DNA of 64,000 bases, from positions 96,162,001-96,226,000 of the forward strand of contig NC_043001.1 in NCBI RefSeq assembly GCF_006345805.1, written 5' to 3'. The notes beneath the pieces are model-generated. The model did no database searches, was not told where the DNA came from, and saw only the letters and a list, made by a program, of their open reading frames with translations. The position numbers were made by a program, and so were the translations under genes. Below are positions 1 through 13,133 of this stretch, one piece after another (within the stretch, counting starts at the first letter, position 1; each line of letters opens with the position of its first letter). Source of the stretch: Octopus sinensis (lineage: Eukaryota).

Positions 1-61
1 TGTCGAATTATTTACATGAATTAGAATAGAAACGCAATATTGTTACTCGAAGTTAAAATAA

Positions 62-99
<38 letters not shown>

Positions 100-420
100 A
101 AGATTTGTTAAGATGCCAATACTAAGCTGTTAGATTTGTACACAAAATATATCAAATGATACATTTTCTGTGCAAATTAATCTAAGAGCGCTGACAAAGC
201 TCCAGAAAAGTGTACGACTTACCCTAACCAATGTGACGCTAAAGTAAAGTAACATTGGCTGTAGTTTTTCAAACATGACGCGATACATTCTTCGTGGTCG
301 ATAGTTGAGTGCTGAGGCCAATGTAATCAACTTACCCAGTTCCCTTAAATTGCCGTCCAAGTGCCAACATTTGAAGCAAATATTTCTGTGCTTATATACC
401 ACACCAAGCAAAATGCTTAG

Positions 421-640
421 CGGCAGAAACATTAGCACGCCGGGTGAAATGCTTTGTGGTATTTCGTCTGCCGCTACGTTCTGAGTTCAAATTCCGCCGA
501 GGTCGACTTTGCCTTTCATCATTTCGGGGTCGATAAATTAAGTACCAGTTACGAACTGCGGTCGATATAATCGACTTAATCCGTTTGTCTGCCCTTGTTT
601 TTCCTCTCTGTGTTTAGCCCCTTGTGGGTAGTAAAGAAAT
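421..640 (+). mobile_element. tRNA-derived SINE, family A long form
   Basis: B-box-like GAGTTCAAATTCC, central GCCTTTCATC..GGGGTCGATAAA block, tail ending GTAAAGAAAT; near-identical copies at 6035, 6991, 18081, 22669, 55650. Confidence 0.85.
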
Positions 641-1691
641 AGGTATTTCTTCTGGTTCTATGAAGTCCACTTGCCTTACATCCTTTTGGGGTCGATAAAA
701 GAACTACAAGCTGAGCCCTGGAGTTTATGTAATCGGTTTTTTCATGCCTCAAATATGCTGGCCTTGTGCTAAAATTAGAAAAGAATATTATTTCTGTGCG
801 TTTGATCGAATAGCATATCTAATCAGCTGCTTTTCTGCCATCTCTATCTAAATCGCTCCCAATGCTGATTTTCAAGTTTGGTATGTATTCTAACCGAACT
901 TGTTTGCCGTAGCGCTAAGTTACGAGGATGTAGACCAACCAACACGGTTGACAAGGAGAGAGATACACACACGCACATACAACACATGCGCACACAATTT
1001 TTCTCAAGAGAACATTCTTTTCTTAGTAGTTTGATCGTAGGTGATCTACTTCTAGCATATGGCTGACCACATAGTGGTGTTTTAGCCCTTTAAATATAAA
1101 CACACGCATAGATATAGAACTAAATGTCTGTTTTCCTCTACCAAATTCACTCACAATGTAATAGGGGAACCGGAGTTGTAATAGAAGACATTTACCCAAG
1201 GCAAGACTGAACTCAAAACGATACGGTGGCAAAGCGAGCTTCTTCATCACACAGCTACGCCAGAGCCTGTATGTCCACACTTATTAGAGAAAATCTATAT
1301 TTCTCTACTGATGCCAAATATAAAGATGACATTTGCTAAATTCATTAACTCACGCTATCTTTGAATTCCATCATCTTGCTGTGTGCTACAGTGTAAGCTA
1401 TTTTCGATTCTGGACATAGAAAATGATTACACTAGTAGCATTAGAAAATCTCTGTATATATATCGGTTTTATGGTAGCCTGCGCTCCCCGGACTACCTGC
1501 TCTCGTAGACCCACCACTTAGGCATGCCCAATCTACTTTATTTTCCACTTGCCGGTATTTTTGTCCCGTTTTATCCTTTTGGTCCTATAGTAAATATTTT
1601 ACCAGTTCTTTCTTCCCCATAATATTGACTCTCGGGCCTTTGTATATCTATGTTGCTCTCTCCTAGTGATGATCTTGCATTAATGTTATTC

Positions 1692-2124
1692 ATAGGCGCA
1701 GGAGTGGTTGTGTGGTAAGTTATAGGCGCAGGAGTGGCCGTGTGGTAAGTAGCTTCCTTACCAACCACATGGTTCCGGATTCAGTCCCACTGCGTGGCAC
1801 CTCGGGCAAGTGTCTTCTACTATAGCCTCGGGCTGACCAAAGCCTTGTGAGTGGATTTGGTAGACGGAAGCTGAAAGAAGCCCGTCGTATATATATATGT
1901 GTGTGTGTGTATGTGTGTGTTTGTGTGTCTGTGTTTGTCCCCTCCCTCACATCGCTTGACAACCGATGCTGGTGTGTTTATGTCCCCGTAACGTAGCGGT
2001 TCGGCAAAAGAGACCGATAGAATAAGTACTAGGCTTACAAAGAATAAGTCCTGGGGTAGATTTCCTCGACTAAAGGCGGTGCTCCAGCATGACCACAGTC
2101 AAATGAATGAAACAAGTAAAAGAG
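1692..2124 (+). mobile_element. tRNA-derived SINE, family B, with about 30 bp tandem duplication of the 5' head
   Basis: Head GGCGCAGGAGTGG..GTGGTAAG duplicated at 1692 and 1722; internal (TA)n(TG)n; conserved tail; several further copies in the window. Confidence 0.85.
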
Positions 2125-2689
2125 TATATATATTAAAGGCATCAAACTTGTCGGTTTCAGAAAGCCTGAAATACTCTGGTCAACGTCATTTCATCCAATC
2201 TCAGCGTTGCAGATCTATCTGTATGCGATACAGCTATAGTGTTTTCACATTTCTCTGACAAGTGAATTTTTATGTAGCAGCCGCGGTCTACTTTCTTGAA
2301 TATGTTGAAGCTGATCTTATCTAATTTCAGGTAAAGGGATCAGTAATAATGGAGAGGTATTGCTTGCAGATGGCAATATAGCTGAAATGTAGGTAAATGT
2401 GGTGACTACAACGCTAGAGACAAGGCTACTTTGGACAAAATGTCAGCTCAGAGAGAGACCTTTTAACCTTGGTGGTCATGTTCATCTAGAATTCGTGGGG
2501 TCTCTTGATCATCCTGAGGTAGCTGTCCGCTGCAAGTTAGGATCTTTTGTCGGTAAGATTTATTTTGTTCTCTCTCATATACTCTGTGTTGTAATCCCGT
2601 AACTTTTATATTGTACTCATTGTATTTGCGATTTTTTCAACTTTATCTTCTAGGTTCAAAACTTTCCGGGGTCATCTTTGCTTTTTTAT

Positions 2690-3300
2690 TCCTCGCAGTC
2701 GATGAAAGAAAATACTATTCAAATAGTGGTGAGTTTACTGTCTCGATGAACGTACTTTCAGAACTTGCTGCCCTTAAGGCAATGGTGAAAGAGGTTGTTT
2801 GGTGGACAAGGCTGAAAGGCATGAAGACAGATACATTTCTCTTGGTAGAGCCCTCACTGACTTCTTCAAGTTTCGCTTGAAAAGGAAACTAAGAGTGGAT
2901 AGGGAAGTACTGTCCTCGAATGAGTTTATTGAAAGGTGGGTGAAATTTGCAAAAATGGCAAGAGTGGGTGGTACCTCTCTAAGTATAGACTTCCAAGTCC
3001 GGGAGAATATATTTGATAGGGTACTTGCTCCAAGGGTTTCGGGGAAATCTCGGACAGAGGTGTTCCTCGATTATCCTTAGAGGCCTTCCTGTATAAGAAG
3101 GGCCACATCTCAAGCATCCGCTCCGCTATTTTTTAATTATCATTCTTTTTATCTCTGTATGCTATGCATATGTCCATTCTTTTTCAGTGTATACCCTGTA
3201 TCCTTTTTTCAATCATTTCATTATTATATGTAAACACCCACACTTTATATCTGTCTCTGTACTGAGGCCCTCATCCTTCGCCCTTGTGGCAAATAGATGG
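2690..3300 (+). mobile_element. L1/Tx1-clade LINE 3' fragment (ORF2 C-terminus plus 3' UTR), decayed
   Basis: Frameshifted KAMVKEVVWWTRLKG / LTDFFKFRLKRKLRVDREVLSSNEFIERWVKFAKM, homologous to 43070-43616; ends CCCTTGTGGCAAATAG before (ATT)n. Confidence 0.7.
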
Positions 3301-3304
3301 AATC

Positions 3305-3320
3305 ATTATTATTATTATTA

Positions 3321-3361
<41 letters not shown>

Positions 3362-3393
3362 TATTATCATTATTATTATTATTATTATTATTA

Positions 3394-3430
<37 letters not shown>

Positions 3431-3504
3431 CATTATTATTATTATATTATTATTATTATTATTATCAACGTCACCATCGTCGTCATCCACAGCAGAACAA
3501 CTGC

Positions 3505-3538
<34 letters not shown>

Positions 3539-3540
3539 AC
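3305..3540. repeat. (ATT)n then (AGT)n microsatellite
   Basis: Direct reading; explains the poly-I/L/Y ORFs. Confidence 0.97.
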
Positions 3541-6034
3541 TCAATTTTTTTATATAAATGAAATGTACAAGTGATGATAAAAGTATGTGCAGTTCAATAG
3601 CTACATTATCGTATCAGGCAATAATTTGTGCGTGTGTGTGTGTCTGTGTGCTTGTATGTATGTGCACACGCTCCATCTCTTTCTCTTTCTCCCTCTCTCT
3701 CTCTTTGTCTCTTCCACTGCCCTCCTCTCTCTCTCTCTCGGTGTTTCTCTCTCCCTCTACCCACCCTCTCTCTCTCTCTCTGATATGAAAAACCCTGATA
3801 ATTGTCTGAAAATAAATATAGAAGCCTACAATTGGTATTTCAATGAAATATTTTAGTTGCATTGATATCCTGAAAAGAAACAAAATGTCTTACGATAAAT
3901 TATAAAACTTCCAGTTCTATTTGAATGTTTGAAGACCTGTCAAGTTGCTTCTGTTCTAGAACTATTTGTTAGGTAAGAATAACGTTAATATGTTTAAAAG
4001 CTGACAAGGTATTGTGTCAATTGGATTATATTTGACATGACAACTATTTCGAATATAATACATTACGTCTTAAAATACATTACGTTTTATAGATATTGTT
4101 TTCGTTTTGTCGTTTTAGTTCTGTATTATTTATTCTTTTGTTATGCTGAAAAACCACGATGGTGAATTGAAAGGAAGGAATCAAAATTTCAGTCCTCAAA
4201 CATGATACTGTCATTGATAATCATAATTAAATTCGACGGAGTGAAGCAATGATTTGCAGCTATTTTCAATGTCTTTCTATATCTTGACACATTTCTTTGC
4301 CATTTCGTTGAAAAAAATTCTAATATTTTTTTCTATCTATTTTCAGTTAATCACTTTTATTGTAATTATTTGTTATCCTAGAATCCTCTTATCTTTATCA
4401 CTTCCGTTCTATTCAGATTATACATTGATGCACGCTCTCTGTATTTCTAAACGTGCATTCATTTGTTTATTTGTAATCCAGCATCGTGATGAATTAATAA
4501 TATAAGTGACAAATATAAAAAAAAACTGGCAGAATAAAGTATGATTAAATATTATTTTGAAAATGTCTTCAGTAATTCTTCGCATGACATTTAACCTTTA
4601 CTAAATTTATTAAAAGGTGGTTGGATTTGGAGGTCTGTGGATAATTACGCTAATGTAGTACTATAAAATCTTTACAACAACTTCCTCGTAAAACAAGAAG
4701 GGGAAAATCCTCTTTGATTTTGGAGGAATACGAAGCAAAATATTAATTTTCCTTTTGTAAGTTAGTTGCTAAAGGAACCCATATTGAATTACAGAGGTAC
4801 AGATTTCTTTCGGATATTTTTAACGCAAACGTACTTTGTTTTGAAACTGACCATATATTTTATCGAACTACTATCTATGGCATTAATTACTCTATATAGA
4901 ACAACGTGATAGACTCATAGATATTTTGTAAAGCTTGTGCTTGGCACTGGTTTTGTGTATTTGACACTTATAAAAGACACATTTTTGCTTCCTCATTAGA
5001 ATAGATTACCTGTATATTGCAAATTATATTCCCAACTGACCAAGTGTCTATCTACAACACTGGCAGAAATCTCTCATATACAGAATAAAATATACTACTA
5101 ATATATAAAATACGTAAAAAAATGGCTTCAGTTGCTTTGAATTCAAGCTCAATGCGCTAGTAGTCTAACGCCTACTTTAAAATGGCTGTTTCACTTCTAC
5201 CAAATAATTCTTCCAGTCAAATACACTAACATTTGATCAACCTATACTCAAAGGGTAAATTTTTCAAATTACAAATTCATAGTTTAGATCCGACTTCAGA
5301 ATCAGAGACGTGGACTATAACTTCCGTTGCTTTAGTCACACAAATTGTCATAGGAGAATCTATCGTAACATAAGGCGTGTATTAAGAAGTTTTAGAATTC
5401 GCGAGGGCCGTCTTTCTCATGGTCTGATTTCAGCCGATATTTTTCTAGATAGGAGAGTAAAACAAATATAGAAAAAGAAAGAGTGAGAGAAAAGGAAAAA
5501 TCACTCTCCAGTACAGAACTAGAACTTTGTTTATCGGCTCCGAAAGGATGAAAAGCAAAGATAACCTCGGCAGAACTTAGACTCGGAGAGCTGAGAGCTG
5601 CAATGATTACAACAAAGCAATTTCACCGGGGCATTAAAGACATTGCTAATTGGCCAGTCTAATATATGTCAGTTTATTTGGAGAATAATATCAAGAAAAA
5701 CTTCAAAACTACAGTACCGATTAATCCTTTCTGAATCAGATTTTTATTTCTAAAAAACTTAACCTGTCGAATAAATAATTAATACATTTTACTATTTGCA
5801 TGTGGTAGAATGTTAGCACGCCAGCCTAAATACTTTGCTGCACTTCATCCGTCTTTACATTCTGAGTTCAAAGATCGCTGAGGTCGACTTTATCTTTCCG
5901 GAGTGGATAGAATATGTAGCAGTCGAAAAGTGAGCTCGATTTAATCTACATACTTGTATATTAGGTATGCAAAAATGTTGATAGTCAGTGTACTTTACTG
6001 GACTTACATGCATATGACTGGTTTGTTTACCCAT

Positions 6035-6256
6035 TTATTTATTACCCACAAGGGGCTAAAGACAGAAGGGACAAACAAGGACAGACATAATTATTAAGTC
6101 GATTACATCGACCCCAGTGTGTAACTGGTACTTAATTTATCGACCCCGAAAGGTAAAGTCGACCTCGGCGGAATTTGAACTCACAACGTAACGGCAGACG
6201 AAATACCGCTAAGCATTTCGCCCGACGTGCTAACGTTTCTGCCAGCTCGCCGCCTT
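6035..6256 (-). mobile_element. SINE family A long form
   Basis: Reverse complement of the 421-640 element, with full 5' end AAGGCGGCGAGCTGGCAG. Confidence 0.85.
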
Positions 6257-6990
6257 ATTTACCGGGCTAGACGTACAGCTGTATCGTTGATTCGTGATCA
6301 GTACAAGGCGTACACGTGTGCCACAGATTCAGTTTTGCATAAGGCATACGAATGTGCTACTGGTCTGTGTACCAGTCTAAACACTCAGCACTGTCGCTGA
6401 TTTGTATCCATGACTGCGAGCATAGATGTGTCGCTGTTTTATTATAGAGTAACGGCGCACAAATGTGACGTTAGTGTAGTGGCACAAGCAGCCAGCGCCA
6501 TATTGGGTGGAATCTCGCGGCAGCTATTGCCATATCCGAGACAGGAGCGAGACCTCACCAGCACTCATTTGCCATGTGTGAGATCACAACGAGACTCGCG
6601 ATGGGAAAAACTATGTAAAGGAAAAACCCGATTCAAATCTCTCTCTTCTTTTGGCGCCACCTTCACAGCAGCGCTGGCTGAACAACATCACTGGCTGGAG
6701 GCAATTTGCATCCGAACCATCGGTAGATGGTAGCTGAGAGCGGCACACTTCACCTTTCCTGTAAATAATCCAGTTGTAAATAGCGTTAATACTTGGAGTC
6801 TCTTCTCTTCGCCTGCCGGAAGCCTGAACTACAGGAAGAAAAAGAAGGATGATGGAAGGAGATGATATTCTTCCGATGTCGTAAACCTTGCCTTCCATCA
6901 TTATTAAACTAGTTTTGCATTTGTAATCGGCACAGCACGGCGTCACTGTTCTCATTTCTGTGCTAGTCGTACAACGGTATCCATGAGCGA

Positions 6991-7221
6991 AGGGCGATGG
7001 CTGTCAGAGACGTTAGCACGCCGGGTGAAATGCTTAGCAGTATTTCGTCTACCGTTACGTTCTGGGTTCAAATTCCGCCGAGGTCGACTTTGCCTTTCAT
7101 CCTTTCGGGGTCGATAAATTAAGTACCAGCTACGCACTGGGGTCGATATAATCGACTTAATCCGTTTGTCTGTCCTTGTTTGTCCTCTCTATGTTTAGCC
7201 CCTTGTGGGTAATAAAGAAAT
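6991..7221 (+). mobile_element. SINE family A long form with target-site duplication (TSD)
   Basis: Same consensus; GGTATCCATG(A/G)GC on both flanks. Confidence 0.85.
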
Positions 7222-8163
7222 AGGTATCCATGGGCAACAGCTTTGTTAACACTGAAAGGTTAACTTGAATAAGTTATTAAAAAATCCAGGACTTGTCATG
7301 CAGCATATGGTTGCTCATTAACATTGACAACCATTCCGATGATTTGCCGTAGATTATTGTTTTGGAAGACTGTAGTCATTTGAATCGGTCGAACTACAAT
7401 ATCGACCCGGCTGCATAAACACCAGTTTTACTCTGGCGGGATTTGAAATCATAGCAAGAAAACTAAATGCTATAAGACATTTTGTTTTACAGTTTCTGAA
7501 GCCCAAGTAAATAAAACATCTTTTAATAGCTAATGCTTCCTGACACACAACATGGCGTTAGGTTTATTCAAGCTCACATTTGTGTCTGTTTGCATGAATT
7601 TGAGTTTCTCTATGTGTGTGTAACATTTACGTTGCTGTTGTGTTACTGGTCACTGATCAAAAAGTCAACCGACAAATCACATGAAAAGAAATCGAGTTTA
7701 GATAAATATTTGAGAGTCAAGAGAATAGATATTGACGCCTAAACTGCCTGAAGCTGAATTGGTTTTAGTCAGAATACAGTGGTCGCATTTACTCCAATGA
7801 GACCTAAAGTTTGAAACTTCTACTTACTAACAAAATCTTTTTTGAACACTTCCATCAAAATGTATTATTTTCTGTATCAAATAATGGAAGTTTCCTGTAA
7901 ATAAGATTGTTAGATTGAAGTTGTAGCTTTAAATCTGCAAGCAAAATGTAGGATATTAATGGCCGCCCAATCATTAGCATGTATGTTCACGTTTTCCATT
8001 TGAATCTATGCCTAATGTCAACTGTATTGATTTCTTTAGGACGCGGCATGAGGTCCTTGCTATCTTTTATTTTTTACATGCTTTAGTCATTAGATTGCGG
8101 CCATACTGGGGCCTTCAAGGGTTCAGTCGAAAAAATCGACGCAAGTACTTATTTATTTCATTC

Positions 8164-8249
<86 letters not shown>

Positions 8250-8509
8250 TTATTATTATTATTTATTTTTACTTCTTAGTTTTATTTTTATTTTTGAAGT
8301 CTGGAATTTATTTTACCAGGCAATTTTTGCAGAACCGCTAAGTTAACAGAATGCAAACAAACCCACATCGGTAGTCAAGTGGAAGACAAACACAAAGGCA
8401 AAAGCCCATACGCACCTACACACACACATACACACACATACATACACACAAACACGCACACACACACAGACACACACATATGTATATAACATATGTATCT
8501 GTGTATGAA

Positions 8510-8611
<102 letters not shown>

Positions 8612-9059
8612 TATATATATATTGTGTCGAGTCTAATGATTTGAAATATTTTATACATATATAATATGTGTGTATGCTTGTGTATGTATATATAATGCGT
8701 GTGTGTGTGTGTATACGTGTGTGTCTGCGTACTTGGCATACACCTCTGGTCGAACGCTAAGGGAGACAAGTTTGAGAAGGCAACTACTTTATAGTAAATG
8801 GGGAAAAGAAGGTTAGTCGCTTGCAGAAGGAATCGAGAAATTATTGAAAATTTTGTATTTAAAGAAAAAATATAAAATGATATGAAAGAACGTCCGTATA
8901 TCTGCAAGATGGGGCTCAATTATGGTTAGATTCCAAATTCGAAAGAAGTAAGAGGAATTGCATTGGGTAAAAACTGTAAGCATGGGGGAAATAGAATGAT
9001 ATTTTTAAAATATTTTTAGATATATCGATAATTATCATTATTAACAAAATGTTCAAGAC

Positions 9060-9250
9060 TGCGAGCTGGCAGAACCGTTAGCTCGCCGGGCAAAATACTT
9101 ACCAGTATTTCGTCCATCGCTACGTTCTGAATTCAAATTCCGCTGAGGTCGATAAATTAAGTATCAGTCGCAGACTGGGGTTGGTTTAATTGACTCATCC
9201 CCACCTAGCCCAACTAGCCATTGTGGCAAGAATTTGAAATCATTATTAAC
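9060..9250 (+). mobile_element. SINE family A short-tail variant
   Basis: Family A head and central block with a different tail; TSD ATCATTATTAACAAAAT. Related degenerate copies at about 5460-5940, 7340-7520, 16860-17460, 17850-18070, 18310-18410, 26700-27080, 31530-31680, 35100-35630, 56230-56550. Confidence 0.75.
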
Positions 9251-9499
9251 AAAATTTCAGTCCTCGAACATGATATTGTCATTGATAATCATAATTAAAT
9301 TCGACGAAATGAAGCAATGATTTGCTGCAATTGTCGGTTTGCAGTTAAAATACCGTACATACTACATTGAATGTAACTCAATGTAAAATCAGGTCTCCGA
9401 TCTATCTATGCAACGGTTTAATCCAATTGATATAAATGAATTTAACAAAAATTTTCAAAATGGGTTTGGTGATGCGAACAGGTAAATAAAACTTGAAAC

Positions 9500-9651
9500 A
9501 TGAATGTGTGTGCGTATGTTTGTATACAACATATATTATATATATATATAGATATATATATACATATATATACATATATATATATATATATACATATATA
9601 TATACATATACATATATATTATACATATATGTATATATATATATGTATATA

Positions 9652-9691
<40 letters not shown>

Positions 9692-9812
9692 ATATATAAT
9701 AAATATATATATACAATATATACATACATATATATATACATATATGTATATATATATTTATGTGATATATACATATATATATATATAGTGTGTGTGTGTG
9801 TGTGTGTGTGTG
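9500..9812. repeat. (TA)n/(TG)n compound microsatellite, representative of many others
   Basis: Direct reading; similar tracts at 8170, 8510, 10200, 10620, 15645, 37085, 44130, 45850, 46520, 48470, 49700, 51250. Confidence 0.97.
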
Positions 9813-10195
9813 TGGAAGTGGAAGCACTCCGTCGGTTACGACGATGAGGGTACCGGTTGATCCGATCAACGGAACAGCCTGCTCGTGAAATTAACGTGTA
9901 AGTGGCTGAGCACTCCAGACACTGCACCCTTAACGTAGTTCTCGGGATATTCAGCGTGACACAGAGAGTGACAAGGCCGGCCCTTTGAAATACAGGTACA
10001 ACAGAAACAGGAAGTAAGAGTGAAAGTTGTGGTGAAAGAGTAAAGCAGGGATCACACCATCCCTGCCGGAGCCTCGTGGAGCTTTAGGTGTTTTCGCTCA
10101 ATAAACACTCACAACGCCCGGTCTGGGAATCGAAAACCGCGATCCTATGACCCGCGAGTCCGCTGCCCTAACCAACTGGGCCATTGTGCCTCCAC
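9813..10195 (-). mobile_element. tRNA-derived SINE, family C (tail type 1)
   Basis: Head GTGGAGGCACAATGGCCCAG..GGTTTTCGATTCCC shared with copies at 12128, 12821, 22365, 25262. Confidence 0.85.
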
Positions 10196-10275
10196 GTGTA
10201 TGTATATATATATGTGTGTGTGTGTGTATGTAATATATATATATATATATATACATATATATACATACATACACA

Positions 10276-10319
<44 letters not shown>

Positions 10320-10743
10320 TATATACATATATATATGTATATATATATATGTATATATATATATACATATATATATATATGCATATATATAGCATATATA
10401 TACATATCCTCTCCTCCCTCCTCCTCCACTCTCCCCCTCATCTCCTCTCTCTACACTACACCATACGACATTACATATCACATCATACATACATACACAC
10501 GTCCAGACCTTTCATACGCACTACATACTCTCTCATACACACACGTACCCTTATGTTGGTACGAAGTCATTTGACCCTGTTATCTCCCCTATGTTCGCTC
10601 TTGCGTCTTACGTTTGATCTCATATACATATATACACATATATATACATATACATATATACATATATATATACATATACATATATACATATATATATACA
10701 TATACATATATACATATATATACATATACACATATACATATAC

Positions 10744-10784
<41 letters not shown>

Positions 10785-10785
10785 C

Positions 10786-10927
10786 GTGTGACGAAAGAAC
10801 TCTAGCCGAAATAGATTAAGATTAATGTAAAAAATAAATAACGCTGAGGCAAAGTAACACCAAATATATAGTGCATGTGTTTTTATTGGCTAAACTGGCA
10901 AAATGACCATTCCTAAATACAACAATA
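10786..10927 (+). repeat. 5'-truncated copy of the dispersed repeat at 59787-59922
   Basis: GTGTGACGAAAGAACTCT(A/G)GCCGAAAT...CATTCCTAAATACAACAATA shared between the two loci. Confidence 0.8.
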
Positions 10928-11007
10928 TATATATATATATATATGTATGTATGTGTGTGTGTGTATGTATGTATGTATGTATGTGTGTGTATGTATATGT
11001 GTGTGTG

Positions 11008-11250
11008 TAATGGAAGTGCATGACGTGGTTGATAAGTTGTTGGACACAAACATGATCGTTTCGATTCCGGGACCGGACGACGCGTTGAGCCCTTGAGGAA
11101 AACACTTTATTTCCCGTCGCTCCAGTCCAGTCAGCTGCCAAAACTGACTACTCATGCGACAGACCGACGTCCAGTCCATGTTGGGAAGTATATACGCCAC
11201 GGAAACAGGGAAACCGGTCCCACGAGTCTATATGTGACTCGGGAAGGATA
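11008..11250 (+). mobile_element. Older tRNA-derived SINE with CORE-like central block
   Basis: TTTCGATTCC B-box-like motif, then CCTTGAGGAAAACACTTTATTTC; related minus-strand copy at about 20880-21150; CORE assignment from memory. Confidence 0.55.
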
Positions 11251-11329
11251 TGAATGTATGTATGTGTGTGTGTGTGTGTGTGAGTGCGCGCGTGTGTGTA
11301 TGTCTGTGTGTGTGTGACCGCTTCATCCA

Positions 11330-11595
11330 AAGCTGTTACTTCCAGCGCGATATTTCACACCGATAACATAGCAAAAGGAGGTTTTTTCCCAAGATACTAG
11401 CAAGAGGGATGGATGCCCATCCTTGGAATAACAGAGGCCCGCTTGGTTAACAGAAAAGGACACGAGATTTGTACCACTGAAGTGAACGAGGTGCATATTC
11501 ACTATTTCCATGAATAATAAATAGCGCCAATGAAAATTCACCTTAAGGAAGTCTGAGGAAGAATCACATATTCGAAACGACTCACAATAAACTGA
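11330..11595 (+). mobile_element. Penelope-like element 3' remnant
   Basis: AIFHTDNIAKGGFF..WMPILGIT resembles the GIY-YIG C-terminal EAIEI..N..G..W.PIL segment; followed by a degenerate HHR and AATAAA. Confidence 0.5.
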
Positions 11596-11640
11596 ACTAT
11601 CGAAATACATCGAGGAACACAGTCGACATTACATGGCATA

Positions 11641-12033
11641 TACCTTTGTGTGAAAAGTCTTGCTGCATCCGAAAAAATATATATTATGAAACAAAAATAA
11701 ACACAAGATTTATTACACGAATCTGTTACCACCACGACAGTCAACTATTTGACGCCGAACACGAGTTTGATTTTGAATACCTCCACGAATTTTCCGCTCA
11801 GATAGCTCTTCCCAAGACTGCAAAACGGCTTCGTGCAATTCATGCCTCATTGTAGGGCTTTTCAGTTGAACTTTATCGGCCAAAACTTTGAAAATGCCTT
11901 CATCTAATGTATTCCACGTGTAAACATGTGCTGAATAGAACTCAGTGAATAAATCTTAATTAAATGTGTTGCCAATTGTATGCACCTGGCATATGCTAAT
12001 GTGTATGCAGCCAGACTTTTCACACAAAGGATA
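11641..12033 (-). mobile_element. Tc1/mariner internal-deletion derivative (about 390 bp)
   Basis: About 30 bp terminal inverted repeats (TIRs) CCTTTGTGTGAAAAGTCT(T/G)GCTGCAT with TA ends; minus strand encodes ADKVQLKSPTMRHELHEAVLQSWEEL..IVDCRGGNRFV*, like a transposase C-terminus. Confidence 0.8.
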
Positions 12034-12127
12034 TATAAAATAAGTCTTTACGTTTTCTATTCCGTTGTATCTATGTATCTAACGATCTATTACTGTCTAT
12101 TTGCTTATAGCTATTATATCATGGCAT

Positions 12128-12638
12128 TGTGTAGGCGCCATAGCCCAGTGATTAGGGCAGCGGACTCGCGGTCGTAGGATCGCGGTTTCGATTCCCAGAT
12201 CGGGTATTGTGAGTGTTTATTGAGCGAAAACAACTAAAGCTCCTCGAGGCTCCGGCAGGAGACAGGTGGTGAACCTTGCTGTACTCTTTCACCACAACTT
12301 TCTCTCACTCTTTCTTCCTGTTTCTCTTGTACCTGTATTTCAAAGGGCCAGCCTTGTCACACTCTGTGTCACGCTGAATCTCCCCGAGAACTACTTTAAG
12401 GGTACACGTGTCTGTGGAGTGTTCAGCCACTTGCACGTTAATAAATGAGCTGCGGTGTCACTAGTGCCAAGCTGTATTGGCCTTTGCCTTTCCCTTGGGT
12501 AACATCGGTGGCGTGAAGAGGGGAGGCTGGTATGCATGGGCGACTGCTGGTCTTCAATAAATAACCTTGCCCAGACTTGTGCCTCGAAGGGTAACTTTCT
12601 AGGTGCAGTCCCATGGTCATTCATGACCGAAGGGGGTC
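12128..12638 (+). mobile_element. SINE family C (tail type 2)
   Basis: Matches the 9813 copy up to CACGTTAAT, then a different tail of about 200 bp. Confidence 0.8.
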
Positions 12639-12820
12639 ACAATTATGACATTATAACACAGACCTATTAAAACAAATTAAACTTCCTTATACATTAACGC
12701 ATAGTCTTTCATGTTCTCTTCTCCTAAAGGCATTTCTCCACAACAACATTATACTGTTAAACATGCATGCATACATACATATGAGTGTATGTGTTTGTGT
12801 GTAAATATATGTATTTATTT

Positions 12821-13133
12821 GTGGAGGCGCAATGGCCCAGTGGTGAAGGCAGCGGACTCGCGGTTGTAGGATCGCGGTTTCGATTCCCAGACCGGGCGTT
12901 GTGAGTGTTAATTGAGCGAAAACACCTAAAGCCCCACGAGGCTCCGGCAGGGGATGGTGGCGATCCCTGCTGTACGTTTTCGCCACAACCTTCTCTCACA
13001 CTTTCTTCTGTTGGCCTGCTCGCTTAGCCAGCGGGGTGGCGTCACTTGAAGGCTAAAACATATGTGAAGTGCATTGTGACCAGTGATGTGTAGCAACATC
13101 TGATAGCCTGGTCGGTCACGTGATCATGTGATA
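12821..13133 (+). mobile_element. SINE family C (tail type 3)
   Basis: Same head; diverges after CCACAAC..TCTCTCAC; ends in CACGTGAT-type repeats. Confidence 0.8.

Noticed and set aside
7640-7980. Possible hAT/Buster transposase relic
   Set aside because: Only vague motif resemblance across broken frames; no TIR found
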